NCBI GenBank assembly: GCA_964016885.1 | Contig: OZ024757.1 | Span: forward strand, 19,964,001-20,028,000 | DNA from: Eledone cirrhosa | Lineage: Eukaryota | Direction: 5' to 3' | Length of the DNA stretch: 64,000 nt | Part shown: piece by piece, positions 53,186-64,000 of the stretch | Numbering within the stretch: the stretch's first letter is position 1 | How the letters are laid out: each line of letters opens with the position of its first letter | Translations under genes and position numbers: made by a program | The notes under the pieces: model-generated | Databases searched by the model: none | Seen by the model: only the letters and a program-made list of their open reading frames with translations | What the model was told of the DNA's origin: nothing

Positions 53186-53399
53186 ATTAGAAAATATATA
53201 GCTTTCACCGTATTTTTGACTAAAGGAATTTTAGCTTGATAACGGGGTTTAGAACCCTCAGATAAATGGAAAAAGATGAGTATTGACGTACATGTACGTC
53301 AATACTCATCTTTTTCCATTTATCTGAGGGTTCTAAACCCCATTATCAAGCTAAAATTCCTTCAGTCAAAAATACGGTGAAAGCTATATATTTTCTAAT
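53186..53399. repeat. Spacerless palindrome, 214 bp
   Basis: Centred on gtacatgtac (53288-53297). The arms are complementary out to attagaaaat/attttctaat with very few mismatches. Confidence 0.9.
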
Positions 53400-53539
53400 A
53401 TATATATATATTTATTAAAATAACAGTTTTAGAAGATCTGTTATTTTAATAAATATTTGCTCTACGGTTCTTATATATTTGATATATATTTATTCTTATC
53501 GAGCCCTGTTTGGATTTTAGTCTTCAAATTTATTATTAT

Positions 53540-53570
<31 letters not shown>

Positions 53571-53573
<3 letters not shown>

Positions 53574-54159
53574 TCATCATCGTTTAATGTCCATCTTCCA
53601 CGCTAGCATGGGTTTAGACGGGAATTGTCCCACCTGAGGCAAGATTGGTTGTCTTGCTTGTATAGAACAGTCTGGCGGGTTTTCTACGGCTGGATGCCCT
53701 TCCTAACACCAACCATGTTTACAGTGTGGACTGGGAGGTTTTTACCGTGTTACCTACACGGCCACATTACAGCGTGGACTGTGTTTTTTTTGTCGTGAGA
53801 CCAACACGACTTCATTTATTTAGGACCGGATATTGTGGGCACCAACATAACTTTACAGAGAAAGGGGTGGTGTAGATAGGGGTGGGGGTAGGGGTAATGG
53901 GACGGGGGTGTATTTTTGGTTAGGAGGTGCCTACTGACTGTAGTAGGTTTCGCTTTGTACTTAGGCAAGGCGGGTCTTCTGTATTACTGTGTAGCGCCAA
54001 AGATCTCGGTCTAGTGACATTGTCTTGGAGAGGTGTAAGTGTGTGAGGTCGGAATTTATCAAATTGTCACAGGTTTTTCTGGGTCTGCCTACTCTGTAGC
54101 TTCCATCTATTTTGATCGCCCTGCACTTTTTTTATACAGCTGTCGTCTTTCATGCACAT

Positions 54160-54160
<1 letters not shown>
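53571..54160 (-). mobile_element. 3' end of the same RTE sister subfamily
   Basis: Similar to 26157-26860. Confidence 0.8.
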
Positions 54161-54214
<54 letters not shown>

Positions 54215-54519
54215 TTTCTTTTTTAATTTGTTTTGCAAGATTTCTTATCTGAAGACGCGTGTTGAAACAGATTGACTGACTTGTCATTTTATCAATCTAC
54301 ATACATACAATAAATGCATATACACATGTATAGACACAGAAACATATGCATATGTACATATATAATTCAAAATATGCAGATCCATACATACAAAAACATC
54401 CAAACCTACAGACAGACAGACAGACATATTTATCTAGTTGATGCTATCTAAATTCCAATGAAAGAGACTTGTGTCCATGTTAGAAATCATCTCTCCCGCT
54501 CTTTTGGTGAACATTTATG

Positions 54520-55225
54520 AAATAATTGTTTCTACTTTTTGGCACAAGGCCAGCAATTACCCAGTACATTACTGGTACTTTATTTTATCGACCCCGTAAG
54601 GATGAAAGGCAAAGTTGACCTCGCCGGGACTTGAACTCAGAATGGCAAGGCCGTAACTCTATGCGTCAAAGCATGGTGTCCGACCCTCTACCGATACTGC
54701 CAATCCAGTGAACATTTATGAAATAATTGTTTCTACTTTAGGCACAAGGCCAGCAATTACCCAGTGCATTACTGGCACTTTATTTTATCGACCCCGTAAG
54801 GATGAAAGGCAAAGTCAACCTCGGCGGGATTTGAACTCAGATCGTAAAGGGACGTAACTATGCTGGAAAGTATGGCGTCCGACCCTCTACTGATACTGCC
54901 AATCCACCACCCAATAATTGTTTCTACTTTTGGCACAAGGCCAGCAATTATCCCAGTGTATTACTGGTACTTTATTTTATCAACCCCGTAAAGATGAAAG
55001 GCAAAGTTAACCTCGGCGGGATTTGAACTTAGTTCGTAAAGGGACGTAACTGTGCTACAAAGCATGGCGCCCGACCCTCTACCGATACTGCCAATCTACT
55101 GCATTAATGAAATAATTGTTTCTACTTTAGGCACAAGGCCAGCAATCACCCAGTGCATTACTGGTACTTTATTTTATCGACCCCGTAAGGATGAAAGGCA
55201 AAGTCAACCTCGGCGGGATTTGGAA
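54520..55225 (-). mobile_element. Cluster of four head-to-tail SINE copies
   Basis: Four successive ataattgtttctacttt starts. gtgaacatttatgaaataat is duplicated around the first copy. Confidence 0.85.
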
Positions 55226-55495
55226 ACCAGATATGTTGAAACATAGTTATACTTTGGGAGGGTCATTCTGTACTACATTAACCCATTAGCATTTAAACTA
55301 GCCAGATGGCCTTTCCAGACATCAACCCCCTTTTTGTTGCTTCTTACAACACACAGAGAGGGTTCTATTTAACTCTTTAGCATTTAGACTGGTCCTATCC
55401 AACCAGAATTCTTTCACCTCTTTAAAAAGGGTTAAACCACATTATAAAGACATTCTTGCAAATTACAAAACAACACTTTGATTGTCCAACATTAA

Positions 55496-55695
55496 CCCTT
55501 TAGCATTTAAACCAGCCATATCCGGCCAGAATTCTCTCACCTCTTTCTGTTCAAACCGGCTGTAACTGGCTGCTCATACTTATGTTAAGGTATTGTTATC
55601 AAAATAAATACTATAAAAAATTCATAAATTCAATATTATGTGAGACAATTATGTGAGGTAAAGCCCCACATAATGTCAATGTAAATACTAAAGGG
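55496..55695. mobile_element. Complete piggyBac-like MITE
   Basis: TTAA|CCCTTTAGCATTTA ... TAAATACTAAAGGG|TTAA. Confidence 0.75.
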
Positions 55696-55949
55696 TTAAA
55701 CCACATAAGCAAGACATTCTTTAAAAGTATAAAACAGCACTATAACTGCATTATGTTAAATAGTAAAATCTTTACTCAAATTTTCAAATAATATATCCAC
55801 CAATAAAGATAATATAAACATTTGAATTAACAAACCTATTTTAAGATATTTTCTGGTAAATCCTTCCAAGTTGTTAATAATTAAAACTGACAAAATGCTT
55901 GTGTTGTCCCATAACACTTTTAGTAAACTACTCAGTAAATTATTATAAG

Positions 55950-56008
55950 AAAATGGCCGCCAAAAATTATTGGTTCATATAGATATCGTAATGATGCATG
56001 CTGGGTAG
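55950..56008. promoter_or_regulatory. Possible promoter motifs (YY1-like AAAATGGCCGCC; ZNF143/Staf-like TGCATGCTGGG)
   Basis: Two housekeeping-promoter-like motifs about 45 bp apart in unique AT-rich sequence. Motif match only. Confidence 0.25.
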
Positions 56009-56315
56009 ATTAACATTTTTTTTTTTTGTCCATGTTCATTGCTAGTATGGGTTAGATGGGTCATTCCATTTGAGGAAAGTTGGGTCAGGTGACTGTGTCT
56101 TACTCATATAGAACTATATATATATATACACACACACACACATATATATATATATATTAAAATAACTGATTAAAGTTTAAGCAAAGAATCGCTGCTTTCA
56201 TCCTTAACATTATCTGTTATTTTAATAAATATTTGCTCTATGGTTCTTATATATTTGATATATATTTATCCTTATCGAGCCTTCTTTGGATTTTAGTCTT
56301 CACTTTTATTATTAT

Positions 56316-56374
<59 letters not shown>

Positions 56375-56768
56375 CAAATATATTCAACAGGCTATAAATT
56401 GGCCAAATTATTAGAATAACAGGTGGAATGCTTTGTGTTAGTTACGCTGGCTCCTTGAGTTCAATTCTCCTTACAGTCAACTTTGACTTTCATCTTTTTC
56501 ATGTCAATAAAAGAAGTACCAGTTAAATACTGGGGGGAACGGGCAATGTTTGCTCTAAATCTCTTTCTCTGCCCCCCACCCCCCTCTCTGTTCCTCTCTT
56601 CTTGTTTCTTTCCAGGGACTATTTTCAAAAATAAACCTCATTTGGACATTCCATGAGAGTATCTTGGTCAGCCTATGAATTTTTCAAGTGATCCATCAGA
56701 GATAGTCACCTTTATCCAACAATTAACACTGAAACTACTTCAAATAATTTCAAAAACAAAAAATTTGT

Positions 56769-56913
56769 TTTATTTAATTAAGAAATTCCTGAAACACCGT
56801 TTCCATAATGTCCAGCATAGACAATTTCTTCATTGACCGCTACAAACATTAAGTCTTGTGTACAATACCATTGGTGACCAAATGACCAAGTGATGGACAT
56901 CAGATATCTCTCA
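56769..56913 (-). other. Probable terminal exon (stop codon and 3'UTR) of the protease homologue
   Basis: Acceptor ttttttctgttttgcag followed immediately by TGA, which is in frame after the phase-0 donor at 60379. AATAAA lies at 56774-56769. The sequence is a unique island among repeats. Confidence 0.5.
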
Positions 56914-57089
56914 CTGCAAAACAGAAAAAATATATATATACGGCGGGATTTGAACTCAGAATGGCAAGGGCCTCAGTCGGATGGCTGAAACAGGTAAAAG
57001 AGTAAAAGAGTATATAAAGTTTATCCTGGGTTCAATCAGGGGTAACCACAGTAAGTAAGGCACTCAATACATAGCAGTGTATAAATATT

Positions 57090-57216
57090 TAATATAGAAA
57101 CGGCTTCTACAGGACTAGAACTGTTTCATTCGGTCATTCGGAAGAAATCACCAGGAAGCCCTGATGATTTCTCTTGAATGAAACAGTTCTAGTCCTGTAG
57201 AAGCCATTTCTATATT
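57090..57216. repeat. Inverted repeat with degenerate CTGATGA..GAAAC motif (related copy at about 14775-14900)
   Basis: aatatagaaacggcttctacaggactagaactgtttcattc ... gaatgaaacagttctagtcctgtagaagccatttctatatt. Confidence 0.7.
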
Positions 57217-57675
57217 ATATATATATATATTATATATATATCAAAGGTATATATTGAGTTAGAAACTCAAAATAGTCGTCTCTTACAATTAAATAGCTCA
57301 AGGAAATAGATTTTTCCGAGCTGTATAATATAATTGAATATAAAAGAGAGATAAACACAGATATATACATATATGTGTCCAGATTTGCTAGGGTGAAAAA
57401 AATACTAACTATGAACAATAGGGTTTGCCAGACTTAATTTAAAAGAATAAATCAAGAAAATAAATACAAACCGATATTGGGGTAACTATATATATATATA
57501 TATACTGGTTATAACTTTGTATTGGTGATCGAGTAACGTGAAAATAAGCGGATAGCGATCTCTAGACCTACCAGTTCAGAGAAACAATTGTCAGCAATGA
57601 GAATAAAAACCTTTTTTGTATAGCAAACCGTGTCACTCTTCTTTCCTGATTTATTATATATATATATATATATAT

Positions 57676-57787
57676 AGGAACCAGTAAGACCCCGACAGCT
57701 GAGCTCAAGCCGTTTCGACGGCTAATTCTGGACAGAATTAGCCGTCGAAACGGCTTGAGCTCAGCTGTCGGGGTCTTACTGGTTCCT
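57676..57787. repeat. Palindrome of a dispersed repeat family (other copies at about 14600-14745, 17860-18040, 18430-18710, 18830-18930)
   Basis: aggaaccagtaagaccccgacagctgagctcaagccgtttcgacggctaattctg and its reverse complement. It contains a GAAA-CGGC...GTC hammerhead-like 3' half. Confidence 0.8.
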
Positions 57788-57865
57788 ATTACTCACTCTA
57801 CTACCCCAAGTATTGAGTACTTTGGTGCGTTATGGTCCACCTGGTTCCTTACCACATTTCCTTCG

Positions 57866-57903
<38 letters not shown>

Positions 57904-58026
57904 TGTTTTCGTTCTTTACGCCAAGATGCGTTCGTGAACATGGCGCGTAAAGCAAATTTGCATAATTCAAGTTTAATTCTCCCCTTTAAATGTTCCACCT
58001 CCCCTACATATATATATATATATATA

Positions 58027-58109
58027 TACAAGGTGTCCCCAAAAATGTATACACACTTTTATCAGAAAGCAGTTGAAGAGTGTATACATTTTTGGGAGAC
58101 ACCCTGTAT
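58027..58109. mobile_element. Tiny Tc1/mariner-type MITE (relatives at 18250-18350 and 58185-58256)
   Basis: TA|caaggtgtccccaaaaatgtatacac ... gtgtatacatttttgggagacaccctg|TA. Confidence 0.7.
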
Positions 58110-58330
58110 ATATATTCAATGTATTTATGTTTTGCTTAAAAAAGGCTTATAATTGGGGAAAGACTTTATACTCACCTTGTATATATCCCCCCAAAATGTA
58201 TACACACTTTGATTAGAATACTGTTGAAGTGTGTATACATTTTTGGGGGACACCCTTTGGTACAGTCAGATAGATTTGAAAAAAACAAAGACAAGACTTC
58301 ACTGGTGATTGTAAAGATTTTAACTATTAA

Positions 58331-59108
58331 CCCTTTAGCATTTACATTACTCTATATTTATTATTGTATTTTCATGGTAAAAGCTTTACCTCACATAATT
58401 ATCTCACATAACATTTACATTACTCTATATATATATTATTGTATTTTCATAGTAAAGGCTTTACCTCACATAATTATCTCACATAACATTTACATTACTC
58501 TATATTTATTATTGTATTTTCATAGTAAAGGCTTTACCTCACATAATATCTCACATAACATTTACATTACTCTATATATACTATTATATTTTCATGGATT
58601 GGCAGTATCAGTAGAGGGTCGGACGCCGTGCTTTCCAGCATAGTTACGTCCCTTTACGATCTGAGTTCAAATCCTGCTGAGGTTGACTTTGCCTTTCATC
58701 CTTACGGGGTCGATAACATAAAGTACCAGTAATGCACTGGGTAATTGCTGGCCTTGTGCCTAAAGTAGAAACAATTATATTTTCATGGTAAAGGCTTTAC
58801 CTCACATAATATCTCACATAACATTTACATTACTCTATATATACTATTGTATTTTCATGGTAAAGGCTTTACCTCACATAATATCTCACATAACATTCAC
58901 ATTACTCTATATATATTATTATATTTTCACAGAAAAGTCTTTACCTCACATAATTATCTCACATGATATCAAATCTATGAGATTTTTTATATTACTTATT
59001 TTGAGAACAATACCTTAAAGTAAGTATGAGGGAGCCAGTTATTGCTGGTTTGAACAGAAAGAGTTGCGAGAATTCTGACCGGATATGGCTGGTTTAGATG
59101 CTGAAGGG
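58331..59108. mobile_element. piggyBac-like MITE with internal repeats of about 70 bp and a nested SINE (58594-58778)
   Basis: TTAA-CCCTTTAGCATTTA ... ATGCTGAAGGG-TTAA; SINE TSD attatattttcatgg. Confidence 0.72.
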
Positions 59109-59160
59109 TTAAAGAAGACCAGCCAAAGTAAAGTCATTCTTTTCCTTTTTCAAATACATA

Positions 59161-59325
59161 CCGTATTTCCTGGCGTAAAAGACGCCACTTTCTTCCTAAA
59201 ATAAGTCTCAAAAATCTACCATGCCTCAACATAAAGGTTGTTTATCATATTTTTTCAAATTTTTTGGTTGTCAGAATTAGGGTGAGTCCTCGAGGACGTA
59301 GCGTCTTCGGCGCCGGGAAATATGG
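59161..59325. mobile_element. pogo/Tigger-like MITE
   Basis: TA|ccgtatttcctggcg ... cgccgggaaatatgg|TA. Confidence 0.7.
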
Positions 59326-59331
59326 TATATA

Positions 59332-59774
59332 CAATCTGTTCGCTTTTTACGCAAAGATGTGTTTGTGAACACGCCGTGTAAAGCAAATTCGCATAATTCA
59401 AGTCTAATTTTCCCATAAATAAGAACATTTTTTAAACCACAAGCATTATAGTGCGTTATTCATGCAAAGTGAATATTTAACCCTTTAGCATTTACATTAC
59501 TCTACATTTACTATTATATTTTCACGGTAAAGGCTTTATCTCATGCATAATATCTCACATAATATCGAATCTATGAGATTTTAATATTATTTATTTTGAG
59601 AACAATACCTTAACATAAGAATGATTAGCCAGTTATGGCCAGTTTAAACAGAAAGAGAAGAGAAAATTCTGGCCGGATATGGCCAGTTTAAATACTAAAG
59701 ATTTAAAATATTTTTTTAAGAGGCGTTAAAGCGAATTGTAGTACTTCAAGTTCACGTAAAAAGCAAACAGACTG
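59332..59774. mobile_element. TA-flanked MITE containing a nested piggyBac-like MITE (about 59478-59705)
   Basis: TIRs caatctgttcgctttttacg / cgtaaaaagcaaacagactg. Confidence 0.6.
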
Positions 59775-60378
59775 TATATATGTGTGTATGTGTGTGTATG
59801 TGTGTATATGTGTGTGTATGTGTGTGTGTGTGTATATATATGTGTATATATGTGTTTGTGTGTATATATGTGTGCATGTGTGTGTATATGTGTGTGTGTG
59901 TATGTGTGTATATATGTGTTTGTGTGTATATATGTGTGTATGTGTGTGTATGTGTGTATATATGTGTATATATGTGTGTATGTGTGTGTATTGCCCTATG
60001 TACTGTACATGCACTTTTTTGATGGGTTGTGGTGCACCTGGGCACTGTGCACAATATTTCATTATTGTTGTTGTTATTATATCATGACTCATACACTGTT
60101 TATTTTCCTGACATTTGTACATTATTCTATGTACTATACATGCACCTTTGATGAGTTGTAGTGCACCTGAGCACTGTACACAATAATTTCATTATTATTA
60201 TATATGTGTTTGTGTGTATATATGTGTGTATGTGTGTGTATGTGTGTATATATGTGTTTGTGTGTATGTGTGTGTATGTATGTGTGTTTGTGTGTATATA
60301 TGTGTATATATGTGTGTATGTGTATATATATGTGTGTATGTATGTGTGTGCATGCGTGTGTGTGTATGTGGTTTTTAC

Positions 60379-60546
60379 CTTGGGTACACCATCAAGTATC
60401 AGGTTTAGCCACGTCTGGTGAAAGGCTACATTAACATACAAAGTGTGTCCTTTATAACAACCAGCTACTGAAGAAAATCCGGCAAGCACCTGTTGTGTGT
60501 TATTGTTATTCTTTCTCGAACAGATTAAAGGGCTCCCCTTCGGCTC
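60379..60546 (-). CDS. C-terminal-domain exon of the S1A serine protease homologue (catalytic Ser lost)
   Basis: Acceptor (t)n gtctatttattgcag, donor AAG|GTAAAA, 168 nt, phase 0 to phase 0. It translates as EPKGSPLICSRKNNNNTQQVLAGFSSVAGCYKGHTLYVNVAFHQTWLNLILDGVPK, which aligns with GDSGGPLVC...LxGIVSWGxGC...VYTxVxxxxxWI. It is in phase with the upstream exon. Confidence 0.82.
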
Positions 60547-60707
60547 CTGCAATAAATAGACAAAAAAAAAAAAAAATACCATGACAATAAATTAATCTTT
60601 ATTATTTTATTCAGATATGAAAGGATGAAGCTAATCCTATTGTTTTTAAATGCAGTAATTCTCAAACTAACAAATATCTGTCCTCTCTTTTCTTCAATAT
60701 AAACCCT

Positions 60708-60900
60708 TCTGGCTGACTCAGTAGAGCGTCGGACACCATGCTTTGCAGCATAGAGTTACGGCCCTTTATGGTCCGAGTTCAAATCCCGCCGAGGTTAACT
60801 TTGCCTTTCATCCTTACACGGTTGATAAAATAAAGTACCAGTAATGCACTGGGGGTGATTGCTCTAGCCTTGTGGTGCCAAAAAGTAGAAACAATTATTA
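60708..60900 (+). mobile_element. Same SINE family, intronic
   Basis: Core and tail motifs are present. Confidence 0.75.
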
Positions 60901-61134
60901 TTATTGGTTTTTTTAATGGGCTTTCTCCACGAATGTCCCTCGGAAGTCTCCCCCCCTATTGGGGAATTTTTCATTGTTTCTTCTTTTGTTACATCCTCTG
61001 TTTTTTTTTTTTACACGCGGAAAAGCCCATTTGTACTGTCCTTAATGTCTAATTTATGTAAACCCTTGTGGTTAATAAAGAAAGCATCGTTATTATTATT
61101 ATTATTAGTCATAGTAGTAGTAGTAGTAGTAGTC

Positions 61135-61750
61135 ATCATCATCATCACTCGTCGACTACTGTCGAGATGATGGATCTCACTCTCATGCCCCAGAATCCCC
61201 TGTCCTCCATCGCTGCCCCCAGGTCCTGTCTACTGATTCCCGTATCCCTAGAGATAACGTCAGGGAATGACAGCTTCCTACTCCTAGTCAGGCTGGAGTC
61301 AGGGTTCCAGAGCAAGAGAGGCAGATATGATTTCATTGTTGGCACGGTGACAGTGGCCAGCAAATTGAGCTCTCCGGGATTTTAGAAGGGCAGAGGCTCG
61401 AGGGAGTTTGCCATAGATTTTAGACAAGGTGGGATGTCGTTTCCAGGATAGGTTTTGCACTCTCATTAGGAGGCGGGTATATGTGCCATCCAATCTCCTC
61501 TCAAGTTGTGATGTTAGTGTCCAAGTTTCGGATCCATAAAGTAATATGGGCTTAATGGTTGCTTGGAATATTTCCAGTTTTAGCCTGTTGGTAAGTTGAG
61601 ATGTCCATATGGCGTGCATGTCATTGCACGCTGACCATGCCATACCCTTCCTGGTTAGAAAATCTTTTTTGGAGGAGGAGATATATGAGCCAAGATACTT
61701 GTAATCTTTCACCTGCTTAAGGGTGGTACCATTAAGGGTTCTGGGGTTCT
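61135..61750 (-). mobile_element. RTE-like LINE fragment in the protease-homologue intron
   Basis: DYKYLGS, PILLYGSETWTL and RAQFAGHC motifs, and a (GAT)n tail. Confidence 0.85.
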
Positions 61751-62359
61751 GATAGTAGTAGTAGTAGTAGTAGTCGTAGTAGTATTAGTAGTAGTAGTAG
61801 TACCACCAAATATTGTATTGCGTTTTATAGGAAATGTTAATTGATGGAGTAATTAGGACTTAAAAGAAGATTGATCATTTTATCAAGCGAACAAATTTCT
61901 CACGCTTTCTTGGCCTTGTGCCAAAAGTAGAAACAATTATTCTATATATACTATTATATTTCCACCGTAAAGATTTTATCTCATATAATATCGAATCTTT
62001 GAGATTTTGATATTATTTATTTTAAGAACAATACCTTAACATCAGTATCAGTGGCCGGTTACAGCCAGTTTGAACAGTAAGAGGTGAGAGAATTCTGGCC
62101 AGTTACAGCTGGTTTAAACTGAGTGACAGATTATTTATAACACTGCTGAAGAAAAAGAAAGATCCCTCTGAGAGGCTTCCACATAGCCTCTGTCTACCAA
62201 ATTTGACATAACTGCAAAAAAATACTTACCTAAGGTACCATGCCTTGCTCAAGGACACAGTATGCCACCTAGTCGAGGAATTGAACTCACAACTTCAGTC
62301 GTGGGGAAACGCCTAAACCACTGAGCCATACACAACTAATATAATCACCAAAACCTTAC

Positions 62360-62490
62360 CTGGCATGAGTTTGGAGAGTCTGTGGCCCAAAATTCTTCAC
62401 ATAGTCTCTGGTCCTTGCCAAAAAAGTCAAAACATTTATTTCTCGAGAGTGACATTTGCTTTTGGATAAGTTCCATGGAGCCTTCCTTCT
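62360..62490 (-). CDS. Internal exon of a trypsin-fold (peptidase S1A) serine protease homologue
   Basis: Acceptor tttcctattttccag, donor CAG|GTAAGG, 131 nt, phase 1 to phase 0. It translates as xKEGSMELIQKQMSLSRNKCFDFFGKDQRLCEEFWATDSPNSCQ, with cysteines equivalent to C168, C182 and C191. It ends at SCQ, like the penultimate exon of trypsin/kallikrein genes. Confidence 0.8.
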
Positions 62491-62499
62491 CTGGAAAAT

Positions 62500-64000
62500 A
62501 GGAAAGGAGCTGATCATCAGATCAGATCTAGGAAACAATGTTTTTTATTGGTATTTCCATTGCTGATACTATCTGTCAGTCACAACTCCTGGTAGAAGAA
62601 AGGAGCTGATCATCAGATCAGACCAAGAAAACAATATTTCTATTGGTCTTTCCATTACTAATACTATCTATCAGTCACAACTCCTTGAACAAAGTAAGGA
62701 ACTGATTGTCAGGCTGGACCAGGGAAACAATATTTCTATTGGTTTTTTCCATTGCTGATACTGCCTGTCAGTCACAACTCCTGGTAGAAGTAAGGAACTG
62801 ATTGTCAGATCAAACCAAGAAAACCATATTTCTATTGGTCTTTCCATTGCTGATACTGCCTGTCAGTCACAACTCCTGGTAGAAGTAAGGAGCTGATTGT
62901 CAGATCAGACCAAGAAAATAATATTTCTATTGGTCTTTCCCTTGCTGATACTATCTGTCAGTCACAACTCCTGGTAGAAGTAAGGAGCTGATTGTCAGAT
63001 CAGACCAAGAAAATAATATTTCTATTGGTCTTTCCATTGTTGATACTGCCTGTCAGTCACAACTCCTGGTAGAAGTAAGGAACTGATTGTCAGATCAGAC
63101 CAAGAAAATAATATTTCTATTGGTCTTTCCATTGTTGATACTGCCTGTCAGTCACAACTCCTGGTAGAAGTAAGGAACTGATTGTCAGATCAAACCAAGA
63201 AAACCATATTTCTATTGGTCTTTCCCTTGCTGATACTGCCTGTCAGTCACAACTCCTGGTAGAAGTAAGGAGCTGATTGTCAGATCAGACCAAGAAAATA
63301 ATATTTCTATTGGTCTTTCCATTGTTGATACTGCCTGTCAGTCACAACTCCTGGTAGAAGTAAGGAACTGATTGTCAGATCAAACCAAGAAAATAATATT
63401 TCTATTGGTCTTTCCCTTGCTGATACTATCTGTCAGTCACAACTCCTGGTAGAAGTAAGGAACTGATTGTCAGATCAAACCAAGAAAACAATATTTCCAT
63501 TGGTCTTTCCATTGCTGATACTGCCTGTCAGTCACAACTCCTGGTAGAACTAAGGAACTGATTGTCAGATCAGACCAAGAAAATAATATTTCTATTGGTC
63601 TTTCCATTGTTGATACTGCCTGTCAGTCACAACTCCTGGTAGAACTAAGGAGCTGATTGTCAGATCAAACCAAGAAAACAATATTTCCATTGGTCTTTCC
63701 ATTGCTGATACTGCCTGTCAGTCACAACTCCTGGTAGAAGTAAGGAACTGATTGTCAGATTAAACCAAGAAAATAATATTTCTATTGGTCTTTCCATTGC
63801 TGATACTGCCTGTCAGTCACAACTCCTGGTAGAAGTAAGGAGCTGATTGTCAGATCAGACCAAGAAAATAATATTTCTATTGGTCTTTCCCTTGCTGATA
63901 CTATCTGTCAGTCACAACTCCTGGTAGAAGTAAGGAGCTGATCATCAGATCAGACCAAGAAAACAATATTTCTATTGGTCTTTCCATTACTGATACTATC
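62500..64000. repeat. 95-bp tandem array (15 or more copies, runs off the window), intronic
   Basis: agaagtaagg occurs at 62881, 62976 and 63071. The array abuts the acceptor of exon 62490. Confidence 0.92.

Noticed and set aside
54245-54295. CTGAAGA..GAAAC hammerhead-like boxes (also partial motifs at about 3014, 14395, 51213 and 57160)
   Set aside because: Stem I or stem II cannot be formed convincingly, or one box is missing, so these were treated as decayed remnants.
58168-58180. Minus-strand AG|GTGAGT donor-like site
   Set aside because: It is adjacent to mariner-type MITE remnants and no credible exon was found.
62222-62330. Minus-strand AG|GTAAGT donor-like site
   Set aside because: It lies within a decayed SINE, with no matching acceptor or open exon.
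62356-62538. ORF-track translation RRKAPWNLSK...
   Set aside because: Wrong frame. The phase-1 reading gives the trypsin-like cysteine pattern and joins the next exon in frame.

Overview
Repeat-dense animal genomic DNA. The SINE/LINE repertoire and the heavy (TA)n/(CA)n load point to an octopus (inference). None of the long ORFs in the track is a host gene: they are microsatellite read-throughs or LINE fragments. Reading splice signals by hand recovers two real minus-strand genes that the track misses or mis-frames. The first is the first coding exon of a CD63-like tetraspanin (19987-20049, MVEAGMKCIKYLLFAFNFIFV), whose downstream intron appears to cover the whole left 20 kb. The second is the 3' end of a trypsin-fold (S1A) protein (62360-62490, 60379-60546, probable terminal exon from 56913) in which GDSGGP is replaced by EPKGSP, so it is a catalytically dead serine protease homologue. 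The most notable non-coding signals are three. (1) At least eight minimal type I hammerhead ribozyme motifs of the Penelope-like-element kind, several in long inverted repeats and five in sense orientation within the presumed tetraspanin intron. (2) A series of homogeneous tandem arrays (24, 30, 44, 48, 64, 109, 111 and 115 bp units), each traceable to a piece of a transposon (RTE, CRE, CR1, piggyBac-like, hAT-like), mostly lying at the 5'-truncated end of a retroposon insert. (3) A 95-bp array that reiterates the branch point and 3' splice site of the pseudo-protease intron. All coordinates and alignments were read by eye; no searches were run.
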